Shown here: one piece after another, positions 29,676 to 40,398 of the stretch
How positions within the stretch are numbered: position 1 is the stretch's first letter
Layout of the letters: each line of letters begins with the position of its first letter
Assembly: GCA_014763615.1 (NCBI GenBank)
Contig: JACXVB010000005.1
Coordinates: forward strand, 20,457 to 84,456
DNA from: Sphingobacteriales bacterium
Lineage (GTDB): Bacteria > Bacteroidota > Bacteroidia > Sphingobacteriales > Sphingobacteriaceae
DNA: 64,000 nucleotides
Reading direction: 5' to 3'
Notes under the pieces: generated by a model
What the model was told of the DNA's origin: nothing
Seen by the model: the letters and a program-made list of their open reading frames with translations, nothing else
Database searches by the model: none
Made by a program: the position numbers and the translations under genes

Positions 29676-32059
29676 AGTTTTAAATGATGTTTTATGGCCG
29701 CTTTATGGGTGGCTAAACTACAAAATGTGACAATACTGATGGTACTCAAAGGCATTAAAATGGCGGCTAAAAGAGGGGATAATTCGCCAGTTATGGCAAA
29801 GCTGAGACCTATACTATTATAGATTAAGGAAATCACCAAAGCTTGATGCACTACCCTTACACTCGCTTTTGAAAAAGCAAGAAATTGAGGGAGCTTAATG
29901 AAAGCACTCCCCTCTAAAATGGCATCACTGCCTGGGGTAAAATTGTTGATTTCATCTGTAATGGCCACCCCAACATGACTTTGTTTGAGGGCGCCCGCAT
30001 CGTTTAAGCCGTCACCCATCATCATCACTTTAGCGCCTTTGGCTTGTAAATGAGCAATAAATTGCAATTTGTCTTTCGGACTTTGGGCAAAATGCAACTG
30101 ATCAGGATGTTGAAAATAAGCGCTCATTTGTTGCTGTCCGTGAGCATGGTCGCCAGATAATAAATCGCTTTTGTAGTTTCCTTCAAGCGCTTTTAATACT
30201 TCCTGAAAACCGCTTCTCACTTTCTGAATAAAGATGAATTTTCCGAGATAACGTTCTCCAATCTTAACATGCACTTCTGGATAGCTAAAATCAAGGCTAG
30301 ACTCTTTTAAAACAAAACTCCGCTTTCCTAAAATAATCTTTTCACCATGAAAATCGGCCGAGAGGCCAGAACCGCTATATTCTTGGAATTGGTTAATCAC
30401 TAAAGTATGTTGTGGTTTAAGGTGGCTGCAAATTCTCCTGCTAAGTGGATGGGAAGAATGTTTACAAACTGCATAAATTAAATCGGCATCAGCCGGGCTC
30501 ATTGAGCCTTCAAAAATCATATCCTTTTCATCCACCAAAGTGAGCGTACCCGTTTTATCAAAAACCAAATGATTGATGGAAGCCAATTGCTCTACCACAT
30601 CAGTGTTTTTGAGGTAGAATTTATTTTTATCAAAAATGCTCAAAGCAGCCGCCATGGTAAAAGGGGTACTGAGGGCTAAAGCGCAAGGGCAAGCCACTAT
30701 CAGTATGGCGGTGAAGGCATTGATGGCTAATGCCCAGCTTTGGTGAAGGTGGAAAGCAAAAGCTAAAGTAGCGATGAGCAACAAAACCCAAGTGAAGTGC
30801 TTGGCTATTTTATTAACGAAAGTTTGTGATCCCTCAGCATTTGGCTTTTTAAAAGCATCATGATTCCATAAGGTGGTGAGGTAACTTTGAGAAACAGGCT
30901 TCATCACTTCTAGTTCTATAGTGGCACCGCATTGTTTGCCACCAGCGTAAATAAGCTCTCCTAAAACCTTATTTACCAGAACGGATTCTCCAGTTACAAA
31001 ACTAAAATCAATAGAAGCCTCACCTTTTACTAAAATCGCATCCGCAGGGATAATTTCTTGGTTTTTCACCAGCAGGCGATCACCTTTTTTTAGTTTCTCT
31101 AGTGGGATGCTCTTTTCTTGATGTTGTTCGTCTAAAATTTGCACCGCCACAGGAAAGAAAGAACGATAATCTCGCTCAAATGATAGGTGATGATAGGTTT
31201 TTTGTTGCACCCATTTACCTACCAACAAAAAGAAGATTAAGCCAGTGAGGCTATCGGCAAAACCAGCTCCATTATGAAAAATATATTCCGATAGGCTGCG
31301 TAAAAACAGTACTGCAATGCCTAAAGCTAAAGGGAAGTTGATGTCTAAAACTTTGCTTCTTAGAGAGATATACGCCTGTTTAAAATAATCTGAACCAGCA
31401 TATACCATCGATGGAATGGCGAATGACAAGGCCAATAATTGGAAAAAATCACCAAAAACCTCATCACCTTTGTTTAACCCAAAATAAGCCGGAAAGCTAA
31501 GCAACATGGCATTACCAAAACAGAAACCCGCTACCGCAATTTTTAGCAATAAAGGGTCTCTTGTTTTCTTTGAGGATTCATCACTATGGTGGAGTTGAAT
31601 AAAAGGTGGATAACCAATTTGTTGGAGCAATTCTGCCACTTGCCTCAGGCTGATTTGCTCCGGATGAAAGCGAATTTCAACGGTTTTTTTAAGAAAATCT
31701 ACCCGATTTTCAATGATCCCTGTATTTAAAGTGTTGAGGTGCTCTAATAGCCAAATGCAAGAACTGCAATGGATAGCTGGGATATAAAATGAAACGGCAC
31801 ATTGTTTTTCATCTTGATAATAAATGATTTTATCGGCTATTTCAGCATCGTCTAAATAAGCAAATTTTTGCTCGCTTTGTATTTTAATTTTTCCAGGATG
31901 GGTGTTGAGGTGATAGTAATTGTTGAGTTTACTTTCTGATAGAATTTGATACACCTGATAACAACCATTGCAACAAAAACTTTTTTCTTGCACTTGTATC
32001 GCATCTTCGGGGCATTTATCGCCGCAATGAAAACAAGTAGTTTGGGTGAGTATGGCCAT
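29672..32059 (-). CDS. ccoI: P1B heavy-metal (Cu) translocating ATPase, CcoI/FixI type
   Basis: N-terminal CFHCGDKC and CCNGC, HMA-like CSSC, TGES, ACPC, DKTGT, GDGLND; adjacent to ccoS. Confidence 0.85.
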   Translation of the reverse strand: MAILTQTTCFHCGDKCPEDAIQVQEKSFCCNGCYQVYQILSESKLNNYYHLNTHPGKIKIQSEQKFAYLDDAEIADKIIYYQDEKQCAVSFYIPAIHCSSCIWLLEHLNTLNTGIIENRVDFLKKTVEIRFHPEQISLRQVAELLQQIGYPPFIQLHHSDESSKKTRDPLLLKIAVAGFCFGNAMLLSFPAYFGLNKGDEVFGDFFQLLALSFAIPSMVYAGSDYFKQAYISLRSKVLDINFPLALGIAVLFLRSLSEYIFHNGAGFADSLTGLIFFLLVGKWVQQKTYHHLSFERDYRSFFPVAVQILDEQHQEKSIPLEKLKKGDRLLVKNQEIIPADAILVKGEASIDFSFVTGESVLVNKVLGELIYAGGKQCGATIELEVMKPVSQSYLTTLWNHDAFKKPNAEGSQTFVNKIAKHFTWVLLLIATLAFAFHLHQSWALAINAFTAILIVACPCALALSTPFTMAAALSIFDKNKFYLKNTDVVEQLASINHLVFDKTGTLTLVDEKDMIFEGSMSPADADLIYAVCKHSSHPLSRRICSHLKPQHTLVINQFQEYSGSGLSADFHGEKIILGKRSFVLKESSLDFSYPEVHVKIGERYLGKFIFIQKVRSGFQEVLKALEGNYKSDLLSGDHAHGQQQMSAYFQHPDQLHFAQSPKDKLQFIAHLQAKGAKVMMMGDGLNDAGALKQSHVGVAITDEINNFTPGSDAILEGSAFIKLPQFLAFSKASVRVVHQALVISLIYNSIGLSFAITGELSPLLAAILMPLSTISIVTFCSLATHKAAIKHHLKL

Positions 32060-32115
32060 TGCTCAAAAATGGGCTTAATAGCGCATTTCGGAAATGATTT
32101 GAAGCGAATAGAAAA

Positions 32116-32129
32116 GTGATGAAAATCAC
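32116..32129. promoter_or_regulatory. Candidate Crp/Fnr-family box upstream of ccoI
   Basis: Palindrome GTGAT-GAAA-ATCAC, 57 bp upstream of the ccoI start. Confidence 0.55.
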
Positions 32130-32208
32130 GAAATAAGTTTAATTTGCAATTCAATAAATACCATTTTTACTGTTTACTCGTTTTTCTCAGAAAAAATTAA
32201 AGCACTTA

Positions 32209-32946
32209 ATGACTCAAGAATGTAAATCTAATTCCTTTTTATATGCAAATAGTGGTAATAGCAAGATCATCAAAGGCTTTTTCTTTCTCACATTTTTTTT
32301 AACTGTCTTTTGTACTTTTTGTAGCGCACAATCAAACGGATTACCCATTCAAGCGCAATATGTTCAATCCACAAAACCATTTATTTTCTATGCTTCTGGA
32401 GATGGCGGGATGAATAACTTTTCTGAGCGATTAATCAAAACTTTAAATCAAGAGGGTTATGCCACGGTGGCTTTAAACACTAGAAAGTATTTTTGGAGTG
32501 CTAAAACGCCTCAACAGTTTGCGCAAGAAATCCAACCTGTAATCCAAAATTATTTAAAAATGTGGCATAAAGATCGTTTCTATTTGATTGGCTACTCTTT
32601 TGGGGCAGATGTAAGTGCATTTTTACCCAATGATATGAATCCACAAATCGTTGCCAAAATCATCTCAATGATCCTCATTTCACCAGGTTATTCTACAGAT
32701 TATGAGGTGAAATTGATGGATATGATGAGAAATAATGTGCCTACAACAGGAGGAAAATATCAGGTTTATCCTGAATTGGTAAAGGCGAATAAGAGAGTAC
32801 TTTGCATTTTTGGCTCAGAAGAAAACAGTGATTTTTATTCTGGATTGAAAGAAACTAGTCAAATCAGAAAAGTACTAGTGGCAGGCTCTCACCATTATGA
32901 GGGTGATATGAAACTACTATTCCATGCGATTAACAAAGGGCTTTGA
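32209..32946 (+). CDS. AcvB/VirJ-family single-domain hydrolase (C-terminal VirJ domain type)
   Basis: SGDGGMN, KYFWSAKTPQQ, IGYSFGA, GSHHY; signal peptide ending CSA-Q. Confidence 0.82.
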   Translation: MTQECKSNSFLYANSGNSKIIKGFFFLTFFLTVFCTFCSAQSNGLPIQAQYVQSTKPFIFYASGDGGMNNFSERLIKTLNQEGYATVALNTRKYFWSAKTPQQFAQEIQPVIQNYLKMWHKDRFYLIGYSFGADVSAFLPNDMNPQIVAKIISMILISPGYSTDYEVKLMDMMRNNVPTTGGKYQVYPELVKANKRVLCIFGSEENSDFYSGLKETSQIRKVLVAGSHHYEGDMKLLFHAINKGL

Positions 32947-33080
32947 AAATACTAAGTGAATGGAGTTATTGAATGATAAGTTTTTTGGCTAATAATTTCA
33001 GCTCCACAAGTAAAACATGTATAGATATTCTATATTTTTAGCGTTTATAATTTTTTTTACCAATCAAAATTTCAATTAAT

Positions 33081-34697
33081 ATGAAGTTCAACAAAATGAT
33101 GTTTAATAAATTAAAAAGCCTAGCCCTGATTGCCCTTGTAGGCTTTATTCCCTTATTTTCTCAGGCTCAAAGCAAACCCTCTTTAAAAGCCAATTGGCAA
33201 AACCTCGACCTTAACACCGATTCTGTTTTCGGAATCAGTACTGAAAAAGCGTATCAAGAATTATTAAAAGGCAAAAAAGCCCAAACGGTGATTGTAGCAG
33301 TAATAGATGGCGGTGTGGATGTGAATCATGAGGATTTAAAAGACGTGATTTACGTGAATAAAAAAGATAAGCCCGGAGACCATAAGGATAACGACCATAA
33401 TGGTTATATAGATGATGTGCATGGTTGGGATTTTATTGGTGGAGATTCTGCGGATGTGCATTATGATAATTTAGAATTAACCCGTTTGGTGAGAGAAAAT
33501 ATGTCAAAATATACAAATGCTGATACTACTAAAATGTCGGCTAGCGAAAAGGAGGCTTATCAGAAATTCCAAGACATGAAAGCCGATTTAGAAAATCAGT
33601 TAGCGGATGCGAACAATAACTTAAGAGGAATTATGGGTTTCAAATCTTATTTGGAAGAGGTAGTGAAGAAAATTGGAAAGGATAACCCTACACTTAAAGA
33701 TTTCGAAGATTTTACCCCAGAAGGCGGCGCAGAAACACAGATTAAAAAAGTGATGTTGAATGTATTGAAAAATGGGAGTACTTATCAGGATTTAGTGAAC
33801 GGCGAGCTGAAAGATGCCATAGACCATTATGAAACTTTGGCTAAATACCAATTAAACATAGATTTCGACCCGCGTTCTATTGTGGGAGATAATTATAATG
33901 ATGACACCCAACGTTTCTACGGAAATAATGACGTAACCGGCCCAGATGCTTTACATGGTACCCACGTTTCTGGAATCATCGCAGCAGAAAGAGATAACAA
34001 TTTAGGAATTAAAGGGGTTGCGAATCATGTGGAAATTATGGCCATCAGAACCGTTCCTAACGGTGATGAGCGAGATAAAGATGTAGCCAATGCCATCCGT
34101 TATGCGGTAAATAATGGCGCAAAAGTAATTAACATGAGTTTTGGTAAAGCCTACGCGAAAGACAAAAAAGTAGTAGATGATGCGGTAAAATATGCCGTTT
34201 CTAAAGATGTTTTATTGGTGCATGCTGCCGGAAATGAAAATGCGAATACAGAAGTGGCCGATAACTTTCCGAATAGAAGATATGCTGATGGCGGTGAAGC
34301 CGATGCTTGGATTGAGGTAGGCGCATCAACTGCAACAGATGACGAGAATTTGAAAGCTTCTTTTTCTAATTATGGAAAAACTACCGTTGATGTGTTTGCC
34401 CCCGGAGAAAATATTTATTCTACTGTTTCAGGAAATGCTTACAAAGACGAAAGCGGAACCAGCATGGCTTCGCCAGTGGTAGCTGGTTTAGCGGCATTAA
34501 TTCGTTCTTATTATCCAAAACTTTCTGCCGTTCAGGTGAAAGATTGTATCCTAAAATCAGTAGTAAAAGTAAATCATGAGGTTAAATTAGTGGAAGGAAA
34601 AGATATAAAAGAAGTTCCTTTTAGCGATTTATGTATTACCGGAGGAGTGGTAAATGCTTATAACGCTTTAAAATTAGCTGCAAGCTTATCTAAATGA
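33081..34697 (+). CDS. Secreted S8 subtilisin-like serine peptidase
   Basis: Signal peptide; catalytic triad in VIDGGVD, HGTHVSG and GTSMASP. Confidence 0.95.
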   Translation: MKFNKMMFNKLKSLALIALVGFIPLFSQAQSKPSLKANWQNLDLNTDSVFGISTEKAYQELLKGKKAQTVIVAVIDGGVDVNHEDLKDVIYVNKKDKPGDHKDNDHNGYIDDVHGWDFIGGDSADVHYDNLELTRLVRENMSKYTNADTTKMSASEKEAYQKFQDMKADLENQLADANNNLRGIMGFKSYLEEVVKKIGKDNPTLKDFEDFTPEGGAETQIKKVMLNVLKNGSTYQDLVNGELKDAIDHYETLAKYQLNIDFDPRSIVGDNYNDDTQRFYGNNDVTGPDALHGTHVSGIIAAERDNNLGIKGVANHVEIMAIRTVPNGDERDKDVANAIRYAVNNGAKVINMSFGKAYAKDKKVVDDAVKYAVSKDVLLVHAAGNENANTEVADNFPNRRYADGGEADAWIEVGASTATDDENLKASFSNYGKTTVDVFAPGENIYSTVSGNAYKDESGTSMASPVVAGLAALIRSYYPKLSAVQVKDCILKSVVKVNHEVKLVEGKDIKEVPFSDLCITGGVVNAYNALKLAASLSK

Positions 34698-35436
34698 TTG
34701 ATTTTTAAATCTTTAAAATGAAAATATCTCAAGATTAAAAACAAGCTTTTCCAAATAAAAAAATCCTTAATATTTAGCTTAAATAGGGTTAAATATTGAG
34801 GATTTTCACGTCTAAACGCATTTTTTAAATAGATACTAATTTTGATTGACTTAAATTCTCCTTTTGGGTTTAATGGGGATACCCTGTAAAGTTTATCGAG
34901 AGATAAACGATAGCGGTATAAAAGATGTTAGTAGGTCTATCAGAATCGTAGGGCAAACTCAGTACTACTTTAAGTCTTTGCTGTTGAGAAAAAGCACTAG
35001 GATGAATTAATCTAATATTTAAAAACATTAATGAGGATCCCCATCTGACCTTATTGTTGTACCTATATATCAAATGATAATCATGGTGACTTAAGAAGAA
35101 TCATCATGATAAAAAAAAGGATAACTAGGAGACATCAAATGGCTATTTTCTACCCCATCAAGGTACTCTACAAGAAACACTGCTTGGATAAAATTTGTAA
35201 TTTTTCTGTTTTTGGTAGGATATAAGAAAATAGTCCATCTATTTAACTGAATTTTTCATCTATCATTGTTCAATGAACTTTATTTTCGATACTGATTATT
35301 CATGTAACAAATGAATAATTAGTCGCACTTATCTTGGAAATATAAATAGGTAGTTTATATTGCAGGACAAATTTAGATGTAGGCTATCCCTATATCAACC
35401 AATTAAAATTTAATACCTAAACGTTAATTCAAACTA

Positions 35437-37122
35437 ATGAAAACACTTTCAAACGTAGATTACATCGTATTCCTGATTTACTTTGTGATTGTAGCTACTT
35501 ATGGCTTATGGATATATCGTCGGAAGAAGAACATTAATAAAGACTCAAAAGATTATTTTTTGGCAGAAGGATCATTAACTTGGTGGGCCATTGGTGCATC
35601 ATTAATCGCATCTAACATTTCTGCAGAGCAGTTTATCGGGATGAGTGGTTCTGGCTTTAAGATGGGTTTAGCCATTTCTACTTATGAATGGATGTCAGCA
35701 GCAACCTTAATCATTGTTGCAGTTTTCTTTATTCCAGTTTATTTGAAAAACAAGATTTTCACCATGCCGCAGTTCTTGCATCAGCGTTATAATGATACTG
35801 TAGCTATGATTATGGCCATTTTTTGGTTGGCATTGTACATTGTGGTAAATTTATTATCTATTCTTTATTTAGGTGCTGTTGCCGTAAGTGGTATTTCAGG
35901 TTTTAGCGTATTCGCCTGCTTAATCTTCCTATCTATATTCGCTATACTAATTACCTTGGGAGGGATGAAAGTAATCGGTTATACTGATGTAATTCAGGTT
36001 TTCTTCCTGATTTTAGGAGGTTTAGTGGCCACTTATATTGGTTTAGAAACCATTAGTAATTTAAGCGGTGATTCTGGTATATTGAAAGGTTTCCACGTTC
36101 TTTATATTGAGGCGAATGATCATTTCCACATGATTTTCAAGAAGGATAATCCAAACTATTTAGATTTACCGGGTTTAACAGTATTGATAGGGGGTATGTG
36201 GATTGTGAATCTAAACTATTGGGGTTGTAACCAATATATCACTCAAAGAGCGTTAGGCGCTGATTTGCCGACTGCCCGTGGAGGTATTTTATTTGCTGCT
36301 TTCTTAAAGTTATTAATGCCTGTTTTAGTGGTTTTACCGGGTATTGCTGCTTATTACTTATATCAACATGGAATGTTCCAGCATGAAATGCTCGATTCTA
36401 AAGGAATTTTAGATGTAAACAAAGCTTATCCATCTTTATTAAACTTAATGCCTACGGGTATGAAAGGAATTGCCTTTGCCGCATTAACAGCTGCAATTGT
36501 AGCTTCTTTGGCGGGTAAAGCAAATAGTATTGCTACCATCTTCACTTTAGATATCTACAAAAAAGCTATTAATCCGGAGGCTAGTGAAACTAAATTGGTA
36601 AACTTAGGTAAGATGAGTGTGGTTGTAGCTATGGTTATCGGTTTAATTTTAGCCTTAGTAATTGGAGATAAATTAATGGGAGAAGGAAAGCAAGGATTCC
36701 AATACATTCAAGAATATACCGGATTTGTTTCTCCTGGCATCTTCGCCATGTTCATTTTAGGTTTCTTTTGGAAAAAGGCATCTTCTAATGCCGCTTTATT
36801 TGCCACCATCGGTGGGTTTGTCTTCTCTGTTGTCTTAAAATTCTTACCTCAATGGACCAACTTATCGTGGTTATACAACTTTAATTTTGCTACCAAAAAT
36901 GCAGATGGTATTTATGAAATCCCTTTCTTAGATAGAATTGGTTTTGTATTCTTATTGTGTATGGGAGGAATGTATATCATCAGTTGGGCGGATCATATAA
37001 GAGGTAAAACTACAAATGGTTTAGAGATTGATAGTTCTATGTTTGTACCTAAAAAATCATTCACCATTGGTGCTTTAATCATTGTGGCTATTTTAACAAC
37101 ATTATACACTGTTTTCTGGTAG
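35437..37122 (+). CDS. Sodium/sugar symporter (SSS family, SglT-like)
   Basis: DYFLAEGSLTWWAIGASLIASNISAEQF, NQYITQRAL; about 14 TM helices. Confidence 0.93.
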   Translation: MKTLSNVDYIVFLIYFVIVATYGLWIYRRKKNINKDSKDYFLAEGSLTWWAIGASLIASNISAEQFIGMSGSGFKMGLAISTYEWMSAATLIIVAVFFIPVYLKNKIFTMPQFLHQRYNDTVAMIMAIFWLALYIVVNLLSILYLGAVAVSGISGFSVFACLIFLSIFAILITLGGMKVIGYTDVIQVFFLILGGLVATYIGLETISNLSGDSGILKGFHVLYIEANDHFHMIFKKDNPNYLDLPGLTVLIGGMWIVNLNYWGCNQYITQRALGADLPTARGGILFAAFLKLLMPVLVVLPGIAAYYLYQHGMFQHEMLDSKGILDVNKAYPSLLNLMPTGMKGIAFAALTAAIVASLAGKANSIATIFTLDIYKKAINPEASETKLVNLGKMSVVVAMVIGLILALVIGDKLMGEGKQGFQYIQEYTGFVSPGIFAMFILGFFWKKASSNAALFATIGGFVFSVVLKFLPQWTNLSWLYNFNFATKNADGIYEIPFLDRIGFVFLLCMGGMYIISWADHIRGKTTNGLEIDSSMFVPKKSFTIGALIIVAILTTLYTVFW

Positions 37123-37222
37123 TAAGTTCGATTATAAAATCAAAATCCTTAGTAGCCCAAGCTACGGAGCATTTTTTGTTTTAAGGGAGATTTTGAATTT
37201 GCTTATGCTAACAGTTTTATCT

Positions 37223-38563
37223 TTATGATAAATAATTTACATTTCCTTTTTTGAAAGATTTATTAAACCATTCATACAACATAAAAAAAGCTAAAAGGCC
37301 ATATTCTATCCAAACTAAAGTCATGCTTTCTTGGTAGGGGAAAACGCGATAAGTATAATAGCTCAGGCAAATCAGTACCGACCATACTACAGCAAAGCGC
37401 CATTTCACAAAAGGACTTAAGGCTACTAAAATTAAAATATACCAAGGGTGAATAATGGCGCCAAATAGAACATCAATAAACATCAACCAAAACATACCAG
37501 AAAATATGTTTTTAGATTTGATGTAACTGATTGCGAAACCAATTAAGGTGAGAATAATTAATATTTTGCTGGTTTTTGCGATAGGATTATAGCCATAATA
37601 TTTCCAACCTATGGCCTTTAAAATTTGGTAAATGCTGCCATTAAACTCGAATTTCCCATAATAAAGTCGGATACTTTCTATAAAATGTTGTGCTAAACTG
37701 AGGTTGTAAATAAAAGGAAGAAACATCAGAATGGTACTCAGAGCCACTACTATGCCTGCATAAATACTCTTTTTTAGTCCGATATGACGGATAAAGAAAG
37801 GTAAAAATAGAACCGGTAAAAGTTTTGCGCCAATGCCTAAGGCCAAAGCTAATGATGCTTTGATCCATTTTTTGTGTGCTAAAAACCAAATCATCCAAAG
37901 GCTAAAGAAAATCATCACAGCTTCAAAATGGAGGTTTCCTGTAAATTCTAAAATCACCAACGGATTGAGGGCATAGAGAAAAACCAATTTTTCATCCTTT
38001 TGATAAAACTTCAATAATTTCTTCATCAGGTGGATATTACCTAACTCAAAAGGAAGAATAAATAGTCGTAAAATAATCGCAGAAGCCAATAAATTCCCTT
38101 TTCCGGGTAAGGCACTCAACCAAAAAGCCAATTGATTAATAGGCGGATAAACCGAAAAATAATCAGGAGAATTCATTTTGTGAAAAAGTACAGGGTTTAA
38201 CCAGTTCAATTTCATCTCCATTAATTGTTGTGGCGTATAGCTAAAAGGGTTGATATGATGGAGAATTAGAGTTCCATCCCAAATAAATCGGTAAATATCA
38301 TCACTCAATAAAGGAAAACTGAAAAGTAACACCAAGCGAGCAGCAATGGCCAATCCATAATTAATACGAATTTTATCATCGGTATTGAAACGATGTAGGA
38401 TGCTGAAATAGGCTATAAAAGCTAAACCAAAGTTTAACCAAACAGCAAAAATTTCTGCTCTGCTCGGAATGCCATAAGCCATCTGAAAAATCGCATAAAG
38501 CAATAAAACCGCTGGAAATAGATAGCCGCTTAAAGATGTTTTATGGGTTTGATCAGACATCAA
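37223..38563 (-). CDS. GT-C superfamily membrane glycosyltransferase (GT87/DUF2029-like)
   Basis: LSDDIYRFIWDG, SVYPP, YALNPLVILEFTGNLHFE, IHPWY; polytopic. Confidence 0.8.
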   Translation of the reverse strand: MMSDQTHKTSLSGYLFPAVLLLYAIFQMAYGIPSRAEIFAVWLNFGLAFIAYFSILHRFNTDDKIRINYGLAIAARLVLLFSFPLLSDDIYRFIWDGTLILHHINPFSYTPQQLMEMKLNWLNPVLFHKMNSPDYFSVYPPINQLAFWLSALPGKGNLLASAIILRLFILPFELGNIHLMKKLLKFYQKDEKLVFLYALNPLVILEFTGNLHFEAVMIFFSLWMIWFLAHKKWIKASLALALGIGAKLLPVLFLPFFIRHIGLKKSIYAGIVVALSTILMFLPFIYNLSLAQHFIESIRLYYGKFEFNGSIYQILKAIGWKYYGYNPIAKTSKILIILTLIGFAISYIKSKNIFSGMFWLMFIDVLFGAIIHPWYILILVALSPFVKWRFAVVWSVLICLSYYTYRVFPYQESMTLVWIEYGLLAFFMLYEWFNKSFKKGNVNYLS

Positions 38564-38588
38564 GAGAAATTCTTTACTTTGTAAAAGT

Positions 38589-39377
38589 ATGCAAAAACGA
38601 AGATTTATAGATCAAACCTATCGAGAAATAGAGATTCCATTTCCGCCTAAACGAATCATTTCCCTGGTGCCTTCGCAAACAGAACTACTTTTTGATTTAG
38701 ATTTGGATGAAGAGATCATCGGTATTACGAAATTTTGTGTTCATCCGGAGGCGAAATTTAAAATAAAAGAGAAAATAGGAGGGACCAAGCAGCTGAATTT
38801 AGCTAAAATAAGGAGTTTAAAGCCTGATTTAATTATTGGCAATAAAGAAGAAAATGAGCAGCAGCAGATAGAAGAATTAATGGAAGAATATCCGGTTTGG
38901 ATGAGTGATATTTATAATTTAAAGGATGCCTTAGAGATGATTAAAAGTATTGGAGAACTGGTGGATAGGCAAGCAAAAGCTAAAGAAATTGCTAATGAAA
39001 TTCAAAAGAGTTTGGAGGGTCTAATTATTTATCCTGTTAAGAAAGTGCTCTATTTCATTTGGAAAGAACCTTACATGCTGGCAGGGAAAAATACATTTAT
39101 TGATGAAATGCTGCATAGAGGTGGTTTTGAAAACATCATTCAAGAGCAGCGTTACCCAGAATTATCACTTGAACAGCTATCATCACTTAAACCTGATGCT
39201 GTATTTTTATCGTCAGAACCCTATCCTTTTAAAGAAAAACATGTGAAAACGTTTCAAGAAATCTGGCCAGAAGCACAAATTCAATTAGTGGATGGAGAAC
39301 TATTCAGCTGGTATGGAAGCAGGTTGCTAAAATCGGCAAACTATTTTAGGGCTTTAAGCGGGCGATTTCTTTTATAA
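38589..39377 (+). CDS. BtuF/TroA-like helical-backbone metal or cobalamin binding protein
   Basis: RIISLVPSQTELL, KIGGTK, PDLIIGNKEEN, DGELFSWYG. Confidence 0.85.
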   Translation: MQKRRFIDQTYREIEIPFPPKRIISLVPSQTELLFDLDLDEEIIGITKFCVHPEAKFKIKEKIGGTKQLNLAKIRSLKPDLIIGNKEENEQQQIEELMEEYPVWMSDIYNLKDALEMIKSIGELVDRQAKAKEIANEIQKSLEGLIIYPVKKVLYFIWKEPYMLAGKNTFIDEMLHRGGFENIIQEQRYPELSLEQLSSLKPDAVFLSSEPYPFKEKHVKTFQEIWPEAQIQLVDGELFSWYGSRLLKSANYFRALSGRFLL

Positions 39378-40075
39378 GTTACTATTTTAAATTTAACTAT
39401 ATCATAAGTTAATCCACTTATTAATAGTATTACGCCAATAAACAAGGTTTTAATCTGTAGAAACTGGAAGGTATAACCTCCAATTAAACATCCGGAAAAG
39501 AAAGAGCCAATAATGACTAAACGAAGTTTAATAGAAGATTTTAATTTCTTTAATCTATCCTGTGCTGTGTAAAAAAAAACTTGAGCAATTTCTATCCCTA
39601 AATCAGTGAATAAGCCTGTTAAATGGGTAGTTCTCACAATTGCATTAGAAATTTGTGTTACCAATGCGTTTTGTAAACCCATAGCAAATAGCAAACAAAG
39701 CGCAATTAAAACACCATAGTTGTTTACAATTTCAACATCTAAACTAGCTATGGAACTTAATAAAGAAATTTCTAGGATAATGGGTATGAGATTGGTTAAT
39801 CTTTGATTTTTTCTAGAAATACTCTCTACCAATAGGCCAGATACAAAAGCGCCAGTTAAAAATGAAATGGTAAATAAAAGATAAAAAAAAGCATTTTTAT
39901 AATTTCCTTTGCTCATGTTATCCGAGAAAAAAGCAAAATGCCCAGTAACGTTAGTGGTTAATTCATGAACAGCAAATAAACCAGAAACATTTACTATTCC
40001 TGCTACTAATGAAAGCAGAGAAGCCAATTTTAGATTATGGATAAAAGTTCTGCTCTTACCTAAATGTCTAAACAT
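39341..40075 (-). CDS. YoaK/DUF1275 membrane protein
   Basis: TTNVTGH, MGLQNA, RTTHLTGLFTD. Confidence 0.88.
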   Translation of the reverse strand: MFRHLGKSRTFIHNLKLASLLSLVAGIVNVSGLFAVHELTTNVTGHFAFFSDNMSKGNYKNAFFYLLFTISFLTGAFVSGLLVESISRKNQRLTNLIPIILEISLLSSIASLDVEIVNNYGVLIALCLLFAMGLQNALVTQISNAIVRTTHLTGLFTDLGIEIAQVFFYTAQDRLKKLKSSIKLRLVIIGSFFSGCLIGGYTFQFLQIKTLFIGVILLISGLTYDIVKFKIVTYKRNRPLKALK

Positions 40076-40179
40076 ATCTTATAATTTTTGCTAAAATACG
40101 GATTAAAAGGTTTTGAGATTTATGATTTTTAGTTTTAATGATGATTTATCTTTGGCAGAAATAATATTTTAAAAAAGCA

Positions 40180-40210
40180 TTTGCTTTAATTCTTACAAAT
40201 CCTATCTTTG
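40180..40210 (+). promoter_or_regulatory. Bacteroidota sigma-A promoter of tRNA-Leu (and possibly tig)
   Basis: TTTG (40180-40183), 19 nt, TATCTTTG (40203-40210). Confidence 0.8.
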
Positions 40211-40253
40211 CAGTCCAAAATAAATGGATGTTTTGGAAATAAAAATCCTAATT

Positions 40254-40335
40254 GCGGAAGTGGCGTAATTGGTAGCCGCACCAGACTTAGGATCTGGCGC
40301 TTCACGGCGTGGGGGTTCGAGTCCCTTCTTCCGCA
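40254..40335 (+). tRNA. tRNA-Leu (anticodon TAG)
   Basis: Acceptor GCGGAAG/CTTCCGC; anticodon arm ccaga-ct-TAG-ga-tctgg; long variable arm; T-loop ttcgagt. Confidence 0.97.
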
Positions 40336-40343
40336 CAAGAATG

Positions 40344-40373
40344 TCCCTCCCTCACCACGAGGGAGGGATTTTT
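40344..40373 (+). terminator. Terminator-like hairpin between tRNA-Leu and tig
   Basis: tccctccctc/gagggaggga stem plus T5. Confidence 0.7.
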
Positions 40374-40398
40374 GTATAAAGCAAGAGCAAATAAAGAG

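Noticed and set aside
29237-32946. Genomic island integrated at the tRNA-Pro 3' end
   Set aside because: No integrase and no duplicated tRNA 3' end (att site) seen; the genes are ordinary metabolic ones.
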